From Trichosphaerium sp. ATCC 40318 (taxonomy: Eukaryota > Protista > Tubulinea): DNA of 64,000 bases. Positions within the stretch are counted from its first letter, which is position 1. The number at the start of each line of letters is the position of its first letter. Under the pieces are notes generated by a model. The model worked only from the letters and a program-made list of their open reading frames with translations. It did no database searches and was not told the origin of the DNA. The DNA is taken from positions 124,001 through 188,000 of the forward strand of contig JALMLS010000255.1 of the NCBI GenBank assembly GCA_038496445.1, written 5' to 3'. Of this stretch, positions 24,930-36,842 are shown one piece after another. Both the position numbers and the translations under genes were made by a program.

Positions 24930-26257
24930 CTACTTTATTTCCTCTACAATGATAACAACATTTTCTAGTTCTGCTTCTTCTATTGTCTGGTTTTCATTAA
25001 TTTCCTTTGAAGGTACACCAGTAAGTAGTTTATATGGACCATCAACCATATCAGCTCTGTACAAAGTTAACAAGGTTCACACATGTGAAAATAAAAAAAA
25101 CATACTCATCAATAAATTTTCTAATCTCGGACACTTTCTCATCTAGTCTGAACTCGCATGGTAGTGTGAATCCTGAAGTTGGGTTAAAAAATGTGTACAA
25201 CGTGTATTAGTAGGTACCATCTGGGAAACGTAGCGTTAAGCTACTCTTACCATAACTAGGAGGGGTGCTTGTTTTTTTTTCTTCTTCTATCTTTGCTTGT
25301 TCTCTAACCTTCTTAAGTTCCTCTTTATCTGTAACTTCAATCTTTCCTTTCAAGAACTCAGGAAGTTCACCTTGATTATTTGCCAAATGAACAAGTGCCT
25401 AGAAAACACGTGGTAAGTAGAAAAAAAAACAAGAAAAGACACCAACAAAAAATCAAAAAAAAAAAAGCAAAAAACAAGGTGCAAGACTTCGTTGTTTTCA
25501 GGCATCTACTAGGGCGTACCAATGCTGCTGTTAATTTCTTTATAGGACTTAGGTTTTTAATCATTGCATTTGTACACTATTGATAACGTCACAAAGGCAC
25601 AAGATGAACATAAAACTTGGGTTCTTTTTTACCTGTTTTTTTTTATGTGGCAATAAATTTGATAGCAATGATGGCTCGCTTTGCTCACGAATGACCCATA
25701 TAGGTATTTGCTTATCTAATACGCGCAAGCACAGATCATTTGCAAAGTGATTGGATGTCCTAAAAAGGTGTAAAGCGCTGAAAACAGTTTTGTTTCTCAT
25801 AAAACGTCAATTCGATTTTAAAAGCGTTTAAAATCATCCAGAATGGCTAGAATACGCGTCGTGTACCTTGTTGCAATGTTATAACCACTTCCTAGATACT
25901 CAAGTGCTAAATCCTTTATTATTTTCTTTATTTGTTCTCCTGTAACGTTTGTGGTCCCCAATTCAATCGATTCTCTGCGTATTTGGTGTCAGTGTACATT
26001 TATTGATACAATGACGTAGTATTTGTTTTATAATGTCTCTGGAATACCTTAGAACCGCTGGGGCAACGATTTCTTTTGGTGTATGCTTTACAACGCCAAC
26101 ATCTTTGAAATACGTGTGTTCTTCGTCTTAGCGTTAATTCAAGCGATGTAAATACGAATTGTTTAATACCTTTGCCATCTATTTCAACTCCACAATGATA
26201 GCACGACGGCTGAGGTAACTTATAAACGTGAAGCACAACTTGCTTTGTTGCGGCCAT
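24930..26257 (-). CDS. PPPDE/DeSI-type isopeptidase fused to C-terminal UBX-like domain
   Basis: 'VVLHVYKL..YHCGVEIDG', 'YNIATR..SNHFANDLC..IPIW'. C-terminal 'LTLRFPDGFTLPCEFRLDEKVSEIRKFI...YKLLTGVPSKEINENQTIEEAEL'. Confidence 0.75.
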
Positions 26258-26475
26258 TTAAAGCTATTTAACTGATATTTTTAAAGGTTTTCAGTTAAGC
26301 CAACCTAAAGGTCATTGAAAAGACCCATTGTTACTATATATTAATTGCTATATGCACATTACGCACCAAGAAAGGTTCGACAAGGGCGTAGGCTACAATA
26401 GATCGCTTAACGACATTAAGTTAAGTGTACTAGTACGTTTTCTTTTTTTTTTTGATAAATCTGTACTCCGAAGAT

Positions 26476-28734
26476 ATGAAACTCGTCGCTCTCAGTAAAG
26501 CTCTCGTTAGCTTTATTATTCTATCAATAGTATGTTGTGTCCGTAGCGAAGATATTGGCGCTACAGAGTTTCTACGAAACGGTCCAAAGTCCTTAGAAGC
26601 CTTTGCTGACACTTTTGATAACTGGCTCATTGTTGAAGCAGATTTTATCGATAGCGTACCTGACACGTGTTCTTACAAGTGTAATGCTACCTCGTACGTA
26701 CTTTTTAATGTCATGGGAGTATCTTATGTTGTTCTCCACCTCGTTTTTTGAGAGTTTATTTTCTTTTAGACCCACGTGCGTTGGCGAATACACTTGTGAT
26801 ATTGGCAAACAGAAGTGTATCAAGAATGTGAGTGTATCTTTTTCCTATTCCTTTATAAAAGAAACTTACTGTCTGCCTAGTCGTATATCACTGAAGTTGG
26901 TGGCTCTTGTGGAGGTGCCGTTCAGTACGTTTTACTTTTTGTTTTTCTGTGGGCTTATTTTTTCTGTAAAGATGCGGCCCATCAATGAGTTGTTATGAAG
27001 GAACATGTCAATTTAACGAAGCTTCTTGTGGATGTAATGAAAACGTGACATGTACTTCAGGTTTTCAATGCGTTAACGGCACTTGCTTGGGTATTAAAAA
27101 TCGATCGTTAGCCATATGTTTGTTTTTAACTTTTTCTTAAAGAAATGGATTTGTATCAAGGAGAAGCCTGTGAGAATGACATACAATGTGTTACAGGAAT
27201 ATGTAGCTCTGATGAAGGAGTATGCTCTGGTAAAGAAGATGGAGCCGATTGTAACATTGACAGCGACTGCTTGTTCCCAAAGATATGTAATGAAGGCAAA
27301 TGTCACACGGGAAAAATCAAAGTACCTACTTTCCTCTTTGGTTTTATTTGCCTAATTCTTCCTCAAAGGGAGAAGCCTGTGATGAGACAGATCTATGCCA
27401 AGCAGATATGATATGCCAAGATAGTAAATGCGCGATATCCTTCTCAAAAAATAATGGCCAAACCTGCGTGGAGTCCAAGGAATGCAAGAGCGGTCTGTGT
27501 ACTGGTCCAACATCCAACTCAACAGGTACCTCTCATTGGTTTTCTGTCACGTGTTTCATTCCCTCATGAAATTATTACAGGACAATGCGTGATGGCACAC
27601 AAGCTACCTGGTGAAAGCTGTACCTTCGACGTGTACGTCATCATGTAAACAAAAATTGCGAAATATTGATTTTTGTTTTAGCGAATGTGCTTTCCTCAAA
27701 TGCGCAGCTCCTGGTATTTGTATAGATCCATTTACAAGAAAAGAAACACAAGTACGTACATACTCATAGCTACTTCATTAAAAAAATCCAACTTGGTTAG
27801 ACATGTGAATGGGAACTTGATTGTGAACCACACTTACATTGTAACGCAGCTGGTGTTTGCGAAAACAGAAATGCTTGGTAAGTAAATCATGAACCTAAAA
27901 AAGCTGGTTACTTTTTTTCTTACTTTCTTTAGGCCTTGTACGTCGCATGATGATTGCTCGCAATCTGGAATTAATGGAGCCATGTTTTGTGGATGTGATG
28001 GAGACGTTCAACCACGTTGTTTCCCTAAAGAAGTTCCTGTTGTTAGAAGAAAAGATGTATTGGAAGAATACGCAAAATGCAGAAGAGAATTCATTGTACG
28101 TCTTGTCACTTTGTACCACGTGATTTCAAGCGGTTTTATATTCATTTTTTTGAATGTACTTTGAAGTTACCCCTAATATTTCTAAATAGGAGAACCTTTA
28201 TGGAAGGAATGATTGCTGGCAAGACTTGACTTTCCCAAGTGTTAGATCACCTGCAGCCAAGCAGCAATGTTCGAATTTCGTTCGAGATTATGTGCGTTTT
28301 TCTTCGTTTTGATGATAGTTTTGGTGTTGTTTTTTACTGACATTTTATTGCTTTAGGAATGTTGTACTTTCTTTGCTGTTGAAGATTACGTTGACGCTTA
28401 TGAAATTCCTGTTTTTGCAAAACGAAGAATTGGAAAAATATGCGAAGCGGAAAACTTTGAATTAAGTCATCATCTCTGGCTCTTTGAGGTACTTCTCTAG
28501 CGTTCTACATGTATAAAAATAGCATCACGTAATTAACCTATTTTATAGACAGATAAAGCGTGCTGTTATGGAGATAGCAGGGAAGAATCTTGTCCATTCT
28601 ATGAATCTGTAAGTGTTTTTATTTTTGTTAGTTTTACTGACTTGTTGTTGACAGTACACGTATTCTTTGTTTATTACGCTATTCATATTTTTTGTTTTTA
28701 GTACTATGATTCTTATATGGTTGGCAGCAACTAA
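26476..28734 (+). CDS. Secreted cysteine-rich repeat protein (Dickkopf/EB-like G-x-x-C-x4-C repeats)
   Basis: Signal peptide MKLVALSKALVSFIILSIVCC. Repeats 'GEACENDIQC', 'GADCNIDSDC', 'GEACDETDLC', 'GQTCVESKEC'. Confidence 0.75.
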
Positions 28735-29436
28735 GGTACGATCATATTTAACTTTAGCAACAAAACCTGCTAAGAGATAAAAGTTAACAAAACGCAACTA
28801 TTTCCTTTTCCTTTTTTTTATGTACTCTTCTCTGGCTAGGTAACTTCTTGAATATTACCTTCTGATTGCGTCCTAGGCTAATATGTAATTCACTTGGTCA
28901 AGATACCTTAGTATACGCTTGTATTAAAAGCCATGTGTTGCTATTACAAAACAAAATAAACCCTTTCTACCTCAAACTGTGAACTGCAATTTTCTACGAT
29001 GCATTGCATTTTTGTTTTTTTTACACAGTAACTTTAACCCCTTTACACATAGGATTAACGACTCATCCTTTTCGGGTGTTGTTTTATTGGCCGTGACTAT
29101 AAATAAACAAAGGGTCTTAGTGACCAAGCAGTCAATCTATGAGAGGTTCTCCTAATAGCTGTCGTTGGTTTTAGGAGTGCACGTGACAGTGGACAATAGG
29201 ATCTAATCAGAACTAGCTCTGTGAGTGTGCAACGTAAGCAGTGATTCTAGAATTCATAAGTGCATACGTGATTTGGCAATATTGCCATAACCTGCACAAT
29301 CGATTTAACCTTGTTCATTTTTGTTAGTTGAAAAACGATGAGTTTTCTGTACAATTTCTAAACGTTTGTTGAAATTACTGCAAACGTTTAACTTTGCTAT
29401 TAGCGGAGTTAATAATACAAAACAGTGGTAATTATA

Positions 29437-30951
29437 ATGGGTACGATCCTTTTTACATACTTGTAACCAATAATTACTTTCTTTTGTAGCAAACGTATCA
29501 GAGCTTCCATTGGAGTTAGTTTTACGTATATTTGATCAGGTTAGCTATGGCTTACCTGTTAAACAGTTTATTACAATTCTACAACCGCTCGCGCTTGTAT
29601 CAAGGCAATGGTATGATGGTTATTAGCAATTAAACGCGTTTTAATTATAATAACCCACAATTTAGGTGTTTAGTACATATTTACACTAGGTATCGCGTGC
29701 ACAGGCGCATTCATGTATATTAATACTAATTTAGACGTGATTCGGCTACTGCTTATAACAATCTTGGTAAAACATGCTTCAATCGGTAAGTAAATTACAC
29801 CAGCGCTTATTTCCGGCGTTGAACAGCTTTTTTTTTCCAGTGTCAAATGTTGAGTTTTTAACTGTTTTCGTCGGACTTAGAAAGCAGTACTTCTCTGCAG
29901 GGAATCACTTCACGTCAGCGATACAATTAGACCCATACAATCACACTTATTGGGGGTACGTTTTGAGGTTTGTTAACACTCACCGATAAGAATAGAAGAC
30001 GAAATTTTGGTTCAAAGCCAAATTTAGCATAAATATTTATCTTTAACTTTTTTGGGAGCCGAAATAACTTGTAACAAATTCAATAGAAATAGATCTATCA
30101 CACATGAAAAAAACCGTAAATATAGCCAGGCTTTAAAGGATCTGAAAAAAGCAATAATACTTGATGGTCTATACATTAAAGTACAAACTTTGTTTAATTA
30201 AAATAGATAAAGTTGTTGACATTGTTTAGGGTTACATGAGACTGGGTAATCTTTATGCAAAGTATGGAAAATGGGAAAAAGCGTATGTAGTCTTTATGAA
30301 AGGGCTCGATGTAGACCCTGATAATGAGTACATGGACAAGAAGAGCAGCATTTGTAAAAACAAAGCGGAACTAAGGTAAATTTTATTTTAAGCTCTTTTT
30401 ACTTGTGGTGTTAATCAGTTCGTTATTAGATCTGCAGGTCAAGGAGGCTTACTAGATAAGACTTTTATAAACGCTGTAAAATCTAAGAATATCAGAAAAC
30501 TAAAGCGGTATCTACGTAACAACGTACCTTTAAACAGGTAACACTATTTTTTTTTGAAATGCATTCGAAATGTCAAACTCCGTTCCTTTTATTTTCTTAC
30601 TTTATATCAAGGAGAGATCTCTCTGGACGTACTGTCGTACACCATGCAGTAGAAAGCGGATCACATATAGCACTTCAGTATCTGATTGAAGCCGGTGCGA
30701 ATGTACGTAGGGCAAACCTTTTAAAACTACTTTTTTAACCATTTTTATTTAATCAGCTTTCCATTCCGGACTTTTCAGGATCTAGCCCTTTAGACCTATT
30801 GCTAGCTCTTCATGTTGGTAGAGAACCTGGAACAATTAAATGTATGCGATATGAGATTATTTTAAAGCTCATGACAGCAAACCTACGCCTCGGACATTCC
30901 TTTATTACAGGCAGACGTCGGAAACAAGTCACCATCGAGGAACTTAACTAA
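29437..30951 (+). CDS. F-box + TPR + ankyrin repeat protein
   Basis: F-box 'SELPLELVLRIFDQV...LALVSRQW'. TPRs 'ATAYNNLG..FTSAIQLDP', 'NRS..ALKDLKKAIILD', 'GYMRLG..GLDVDPDN'. Ankyrin 'GRTVVHHAVESGSHIALQYLIEAGAN'. May continue into the next model. Confidence 0.8.
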
Positions 30952-31042
30952 CAACAATGACACAATCATAAAGCTAGAACGATAACCCTTAGTGGCATTG
31001 GATGAAGCAGATCAAGGAAAAAAAGAACCAAAACAAGATGAT

Positions 31043-32460
31043 ATGGAAGGTCTGATTCTCGCGCCAAAAAACACCAAAAAAAAATTGTGAGTAAAAAAAA
31101 ATCTAATTAAGGCATGCAATGTCACTTAGATAAAGAAATTGTTGAACTCATTAATTTACATTGGCATTCACATATATATACCATGTTGGTTACAAGGATG
31201 AGATCGACAAACTGCAGTCAACAGTTTCGAGCAAAGACTGTAAATTTCGAGCAAAACATGCGTCAAACGCAAAGCTACGTTGATGTGACGCGAAGATACA
31301 TCCCACCGCTTCCTAAGAAACGATTTGTTGTCACTTACATGACAGTGGACGATGCGGACGGTGAAAGTGCCAACAGCTGGAAAATTATCATTAGAGACCT
31401 TGATAACTCACCTCAGAGCGCTGAAGAAAAAATTTTCGTAAGTGATTTCACGTCTTATTAAAGAAACGAGAAAACAACCGCAAACTCTGTTTTGACTGTA
31501 TATATCGATATATAACATGCTTTTAACGTCAAAAAAGTCGTTTTAGTAGCGCTAAAAAGACAAGTAAGCTAATAATCTTTAAAGTGCCCGGATGGCCTCC
31601 TAAATACCCCAGAGTATATTCCTAACGTAAAGATAACTGTTGGAGAGATGCAATGGATGTTAAAGCGAGTTATGCCGTAAGTTTGTTTTTTTCTTGTCGT
31701 TTTTGCTCATTTATTACTTTAGAGGCAATAGCGCTCTTATAGAGGTAAATTACAGCAACGGATACTCTTTCTCTTGTTTTCTAGAAACACCTGAGCTGTT
31801 TTCTGACTTTATTTTTTTAGATTCAAGTAATCACCTCCTGCTACTTTCGTAGTTGTATTTTTGACCTTGAAGAGCTAAAAGATGTAATGGCTGAAATGGA
31901 ACTTATCACTAGATCATCTCAATCTCTTATGGTTCAGTTACAGTATGTGATAACGCAAAATTTTTTTTGAAACTTTTTTTTTCTGAGAATTTTTTTTGTT
32001 TTTGGTTTTCGAACTTTACTGGGATTTAATACCTTTCGTAATATTGTTAGTGCGTTTGTTATATTTTTTTATACAATATGTTGTTTGTACGACAACTTGA
32101 GTTTCCAGTCAAAAGAGTTGTGGCAAAAAAATTCACATTTTTTTCCGTTTTTAATTTTGATTTTCTCTTGGGCGCACGTGCTTCTTGTTAACGACTTATT
32201 TTTATTCTAGAGAGACACAAATGACTTGTGAGCGTTGTAGGGATATTTTCACAAAAGATGAAAAGCAATGGACTGAGACATTAGGAAAATCAAACATTTA
32301 CATTTTAAATAATTGGCTACCAATGGCGTTTTCTTATTTACAAAAGAAGATTTCCAAACAGGATGACAAAGTAAATCTTAATGAGATGGAAAGTCTATCG
32401 CTTTATTTCACATTTGCATTAACAGAAGAATTCGATAAACAAATGCAGAACATCCATTAA
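31043..32460 (+). CDS. Hypothetical protein (possibly the C-terminal part of the F-box/TPR/ankyrin gene)
   Basis: Exons splice cleanly from 'DKEIVELINLHW...' to '...FDKQMQNIH*'. No recognisable domain. Confidence 0.55.
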
Positions 32461-33406
32461 AACGAAATGAAGAAAGAAACAAGAAAAAAAAAAAAGAAAA
32501 AAAAATCACTCTAAACTCAAAAGAACCTTTCGCTTCTCTCCACATCACCTCCTCCCTTGGCGCATCAATCAATTTTTTTTTTCCCCCATGGCTTATGATA
32601 GACATGTATATAGTAGTGCCATTTGCCGCATGACCTGATGAAAAACGCTTATATTTAGTGAAGTGTGTGAAGTTGGATCTTGTTGTGCAGTGGCATGTAT
32701 TACAAAAAAAACCTTTAAATAATGTGAAATAACAAAAAACTATTATTAGTAAAATGTATACAATCTAAAAACAAACAGCCTCCATTGCATTTTTTAATCA
32801 CAATTCTATCGCGTCAATTCCGATTTTTTTGTACCCCAGAAAGAGCTGTACTTCCCCGAAAAAGGCTGGTAAGTGTTTTGTTATGACCTAACAAAGTCAA
32901 ACAACTGTACTGTTGTGTGCTCTAGCACATGCTGCATTTGTCATAAGACTTCTATCAAATGATTCTTGTTTGTCAATTGAGCGACCTTAGCGTTGACTAA
33001 GTACTCAGTCAAGCTCTTAAAACTAACAAACACAAAAATAATATGTGCTGTTTTATTTAAAATATTGTGCGGTTCAACCAAGGTAGCCTTTATAAATAAT
33101 TTATCAAAAATAGATAAATTAAGCAAAATATGATAAGTTTCCTTTTGCTACAGCGCTTTCAAGAGTTTTGACTGAAGAAAACACCTGACACAAGCGGCTG
33201 TCGCAGAAACTAGTGAAACTAGTGAAAACTATCACGTTATCAAAGTTATTTGGGTACTTTGGTTGTAAAGCACAATAATGGTCGTAATGTACGAACTGCA
33301 AACTACATACTAAAGGACACATGAAGTACAAGAAAGTATTATATAAAGTTAGGGCTAATTTATTTACTAAGTACTTCAATGACTACTTTAAGGACCTACC
33401 CTGCTC

Positions 33407-35104
33407 TCAAGCAGATGTAGAAAGAGTGTAGTGCCTGTAGTTCGTTCTAGCTACTGGCTTACATCCACGACAACATGCTTGGGTTGTTTGACAATAGCAA
33501 TAAACTGTACGTATATCACCAAAAGTCATCCATCCTCTGACAGTCGTTATCTTGTCTGTACATTCAGGGTCCATAGAAGCGAGCATTGCACACTCTGATT
33601 CGAATACTTGATCCTCCTTACGTCCATTAATCCTCAACTGCTTGTGACATGTTTTCTTTGTTTCTTCTGTACAGTTATGATGCTTGTTGTTTGAACCACC
33701 GTTCCACCAATTTCTAACTCCATCACAAGACACGTTTAATTGTGGTTCAGTAAGTTTTGGGATATTATCTGGTTCTACCATCTTTGGCTCCAAATCGCAG
33801 TTAATACAATCATCTGTGAGTGGCCATTTAGGTATGTTGTACAAGGACAACTCTCTGTTCTTGTTTATAGTATGACAATCAACACATTTCTCTCCGTGAC
33901 GCCAAGGAATTGACTTTTCAGTTGGTGCAACATATCCTGGGAATGTTCGGCCTGAGCTCTTCATATAACAAGTTGCATGGTACGCTGGATCATCTTCGTA
34001 TACGATCTCGCTTACTCCGAAGGTATCAGACGGTTCTCGGGCTACTACGTTGAAACACACATAAACCTCATCTGCAGGTTCAGTGAGTGCGGAGATGTTC
34101 AAGTGGTCGAAGCAACTTGGTTCGATCAATCCGGCGTGGTCGATGTATCGTGAGTTTGCTACAGTCAAAGGCATGACAGCAATACCGGCACAACTACCTC
34201 CTGGCGTACAACTTCTGGCGCAGTAGGACAAGTCATTAAAGATTCTCGAGCAAGCTAGAAAAAAAGCATATTAGAAAAAAACAAACTAAACAAAAAAAGT
34301 TGTTTCGAAACTCACCATATGCTCTTAATAAGTGCACGGAACCAGATTGTGCCGGTGCCTTTTGGTGGAGCAATGAAGGAAAGAGTAGAGCGAAGAGGTT
34401 TTAGAACAGCGCTGGAATGCATGACAGTTTGTCTACACATCGTGTTATTCTCTCCCCAAGGTAACTGAAAAAAAGCTAAAACAAAAAGTAAGAAACACGT
34501 GATTCTTAACTAAAGGTCAAGAATTCCAAAAAAAAAAGATTACCTGGGAAGTCTTTATCTATCTTCCACTCACCCACGTGATTTTGATTAGAGTCTTCGG
34601 CGTATCTAAAGTATTTAATAAGTAAGTGACATAAAACATTCGTAGATTTGTTGTGAACGTACAGCATAAGCCCGCGGTATTTGGCTTGATAAAGCGTTAC
34701 TAAAATTGTAATATCAATAATGCTACCAGGCACATATGATGTTTGTGGTGAGTCTTCCTCTCCTGCGAAAAGCAAATACTTATCGGTCCTTACTGTATTT
34801 GTAGCCCAAAACATGAGTGGCGTAGGTACAGTAAGACATTTTCTTCGGTCTTGTGTGAACGTAAGCATCGAAAGTAGAAACAAAAAAGACCAAACAAAGA
34901 GCAGTCAATATGTGTACCTGGGACCATTACTTTTATACCGTCTCTGGTGACTTCTTTTAGCTTATATTCCTCTGTACGACATCCCCAGTTTGTAGCTGTA
35001 GCGTTACAAGAGAAAACAGTAGCAGGGTTTGCGTTTGAGGCACATTCTGAAAGCGAAAAAAATAGAATGAAGGCAATAGCCAATCCAATGTTAACAGACA
35101 ACAT
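33407..35104 (-). CDS. Secreted Reeler-domain, cysteine-rich protein
   Basis: Signal peptide; Reeler 'YVPGSIIDITI..YRGLMLYAED..VGEW...VMHS..FIAPPKGTGTIWFRALI'; Cys-rich terminal exon of ~280 aa. Confidence 0.78.
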
Positions 35105-35597
35105 TATTAGGGAACCTTTACAACAAAGTTAGAAATTATCTCTAATTTCGCCAGAATAAACGAAAACAAAACGAAAAACAGTTTGTCCGGTAGCGAAGAG
35201 GGCTTGCCAGAGAGACCAACTCTACCAAGCGTGCGTCACCTCGGTTTTTTAAATACCCCGCAAATGGGTTTTTTAAAGGTGTCATTCAATATCACGTGCG
35301 TGCTTACCTTAGTATGTTCAATACGCTTTTTTTAATTTACGTGTAGTGGTAACCCGAGTTGTGCTTGGTTGTTATTGTATTGTGTTCGCTGCGCACGACA
35401 GAAATTAGCCAAATTTTAGGACATAAAGGATTCGCTAGTTTTTAATTAGGGTTTTGAAAAGGATTTGAGAGAACTCAATGTACTAGGCATGTACAGTGCT
35501 TATAGAGCAATCCTAGTTTTTTATAAAACACAAAAACATGACTTGGCAGAATAGTCGGCCCTGTATCACGTGATTCAACATGGGCTTTACGTAGACA

Positions 35598-35792
35598 ATG
35601 ACCGATGTAGTTTATCCGACACATACTAAATTTAGTCCATTTTGGAAAGCGACAAAGAATGCGCTAGCCATAAAGTGGGCTGCTAGAACCCGATGTCAAA
35701 CCACGGACATACCAATAGGCGTGCATTCACAACGGAATTTTATGACGGGAAATGAATGGTTCCGCTTACTTGGTTACACCGGTCGGACCTAG
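35598..35792 (+). CDS. Possible small hypothetical protein (64 aa)
   Basis: ATG-initiated ORF, less AT-rich than its flanks, convergent with the RimI-like gene. No motif recognised. Confidence 0.25.
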   Translation: MTDVVYPTHTKFSPFWKATKNALAIKWAARTRCQTTDIPIGVHSQRNFMTGNEWFRLLGYTGRT

Positions 35793-35849
35793 TTAACTTG
35801 TAGAATAATTGAAACATGTTTATTTTACATTCTTTGACAATTCTTTCGT

Positions 35850-36742
35850 TTAGTAGTAATATATAAGACAATAAGCATCCCCTGGTTCATAGTAGTCCTT
35901 ACTGAAGTGGTCTATGGTAAATCCAACGCCTTCCCTTTTGTTAACATTGAGAAGTACACAGTGCACTGTGTTTTAAAATGGCTTACCTTTGTACAAAGCC
36001 ATAGCTCCTTTATTATCAACTGCGACATGTAAAGTAGCTCTCCATATTCCAAAAGCTCTTAAATAATCCAAAACATGTTCCAACATAACTCTACCGATGC
36101 CCTAAAGGAAAATACATGTAAAACTTTCGCTTCAATGTGTCACATCTCACACTTTGAAAAAAAAAAAGGATTACCTTGCGCCTGTGAGAAGGACTAACTG
36201 CAACATTAGTAATATCGACTTCGCTTCCCTCCCCTTCCATGCTATAAATGACATGGCCAACCACTGTCCCATCCTAAAAAATGACACTAAATATTAAATA
36301 TCACGTGCTATAAAAACCAAAAAGCACGTGCCTGTAGAACAGCAACTATAGCCCCACCCTCGTTCATAGCTGAAACAAAACGTTCAGGAGTACTCCAAAA
36401 CTCCATCGAAGACACATCGTAAGCAGCAAAAGCTGTCTAAATGAGAAAACTTGAGCACAATTTGTTGAAACTGTTAACAGATGAGAAACTTACGTTAGTG
36501 AGGGAAATAATAGTTTTTAAGTCCGTTTCGCTATGAGGTGAACGAATGGTTATCTGCAAGGTGTTTTGCGCTAAATTCTTCTCTACTGGGCAATATACGT
36601 GTCCGTTATACATTAGGGCTGGTCTTGGGCGTATTGGCGTCAGTGGGCGTTTATTTGGTTGTTGCTCGGGTATAGTGTCGTCAGACAGTATCAAATCGCC
36701 CATATACTCAGATAAATCATCAATATCATCGTTTCTGGCCAT
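35850..36742 (-). CDS. RimI-like GNAT acetyltransferase with acidic N-terminal extension
   Basis: 'DGTVVGHVIY..EVDITNVAVSPSHRRKGIGRVML', 'LHVAVDNKGAMALYK..GF..RTMN..DAY'. Confidence 0.82.
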
Positions 36743-36842
36743 CTAAACGTTTTTGATTAAAGCGTTCACAGAAATTGAATACAGACTGTTTTTAAACAAT
36801 GATAGCGTTGTATGCTTTGTTTAAACGCGTTGCAGACATACC

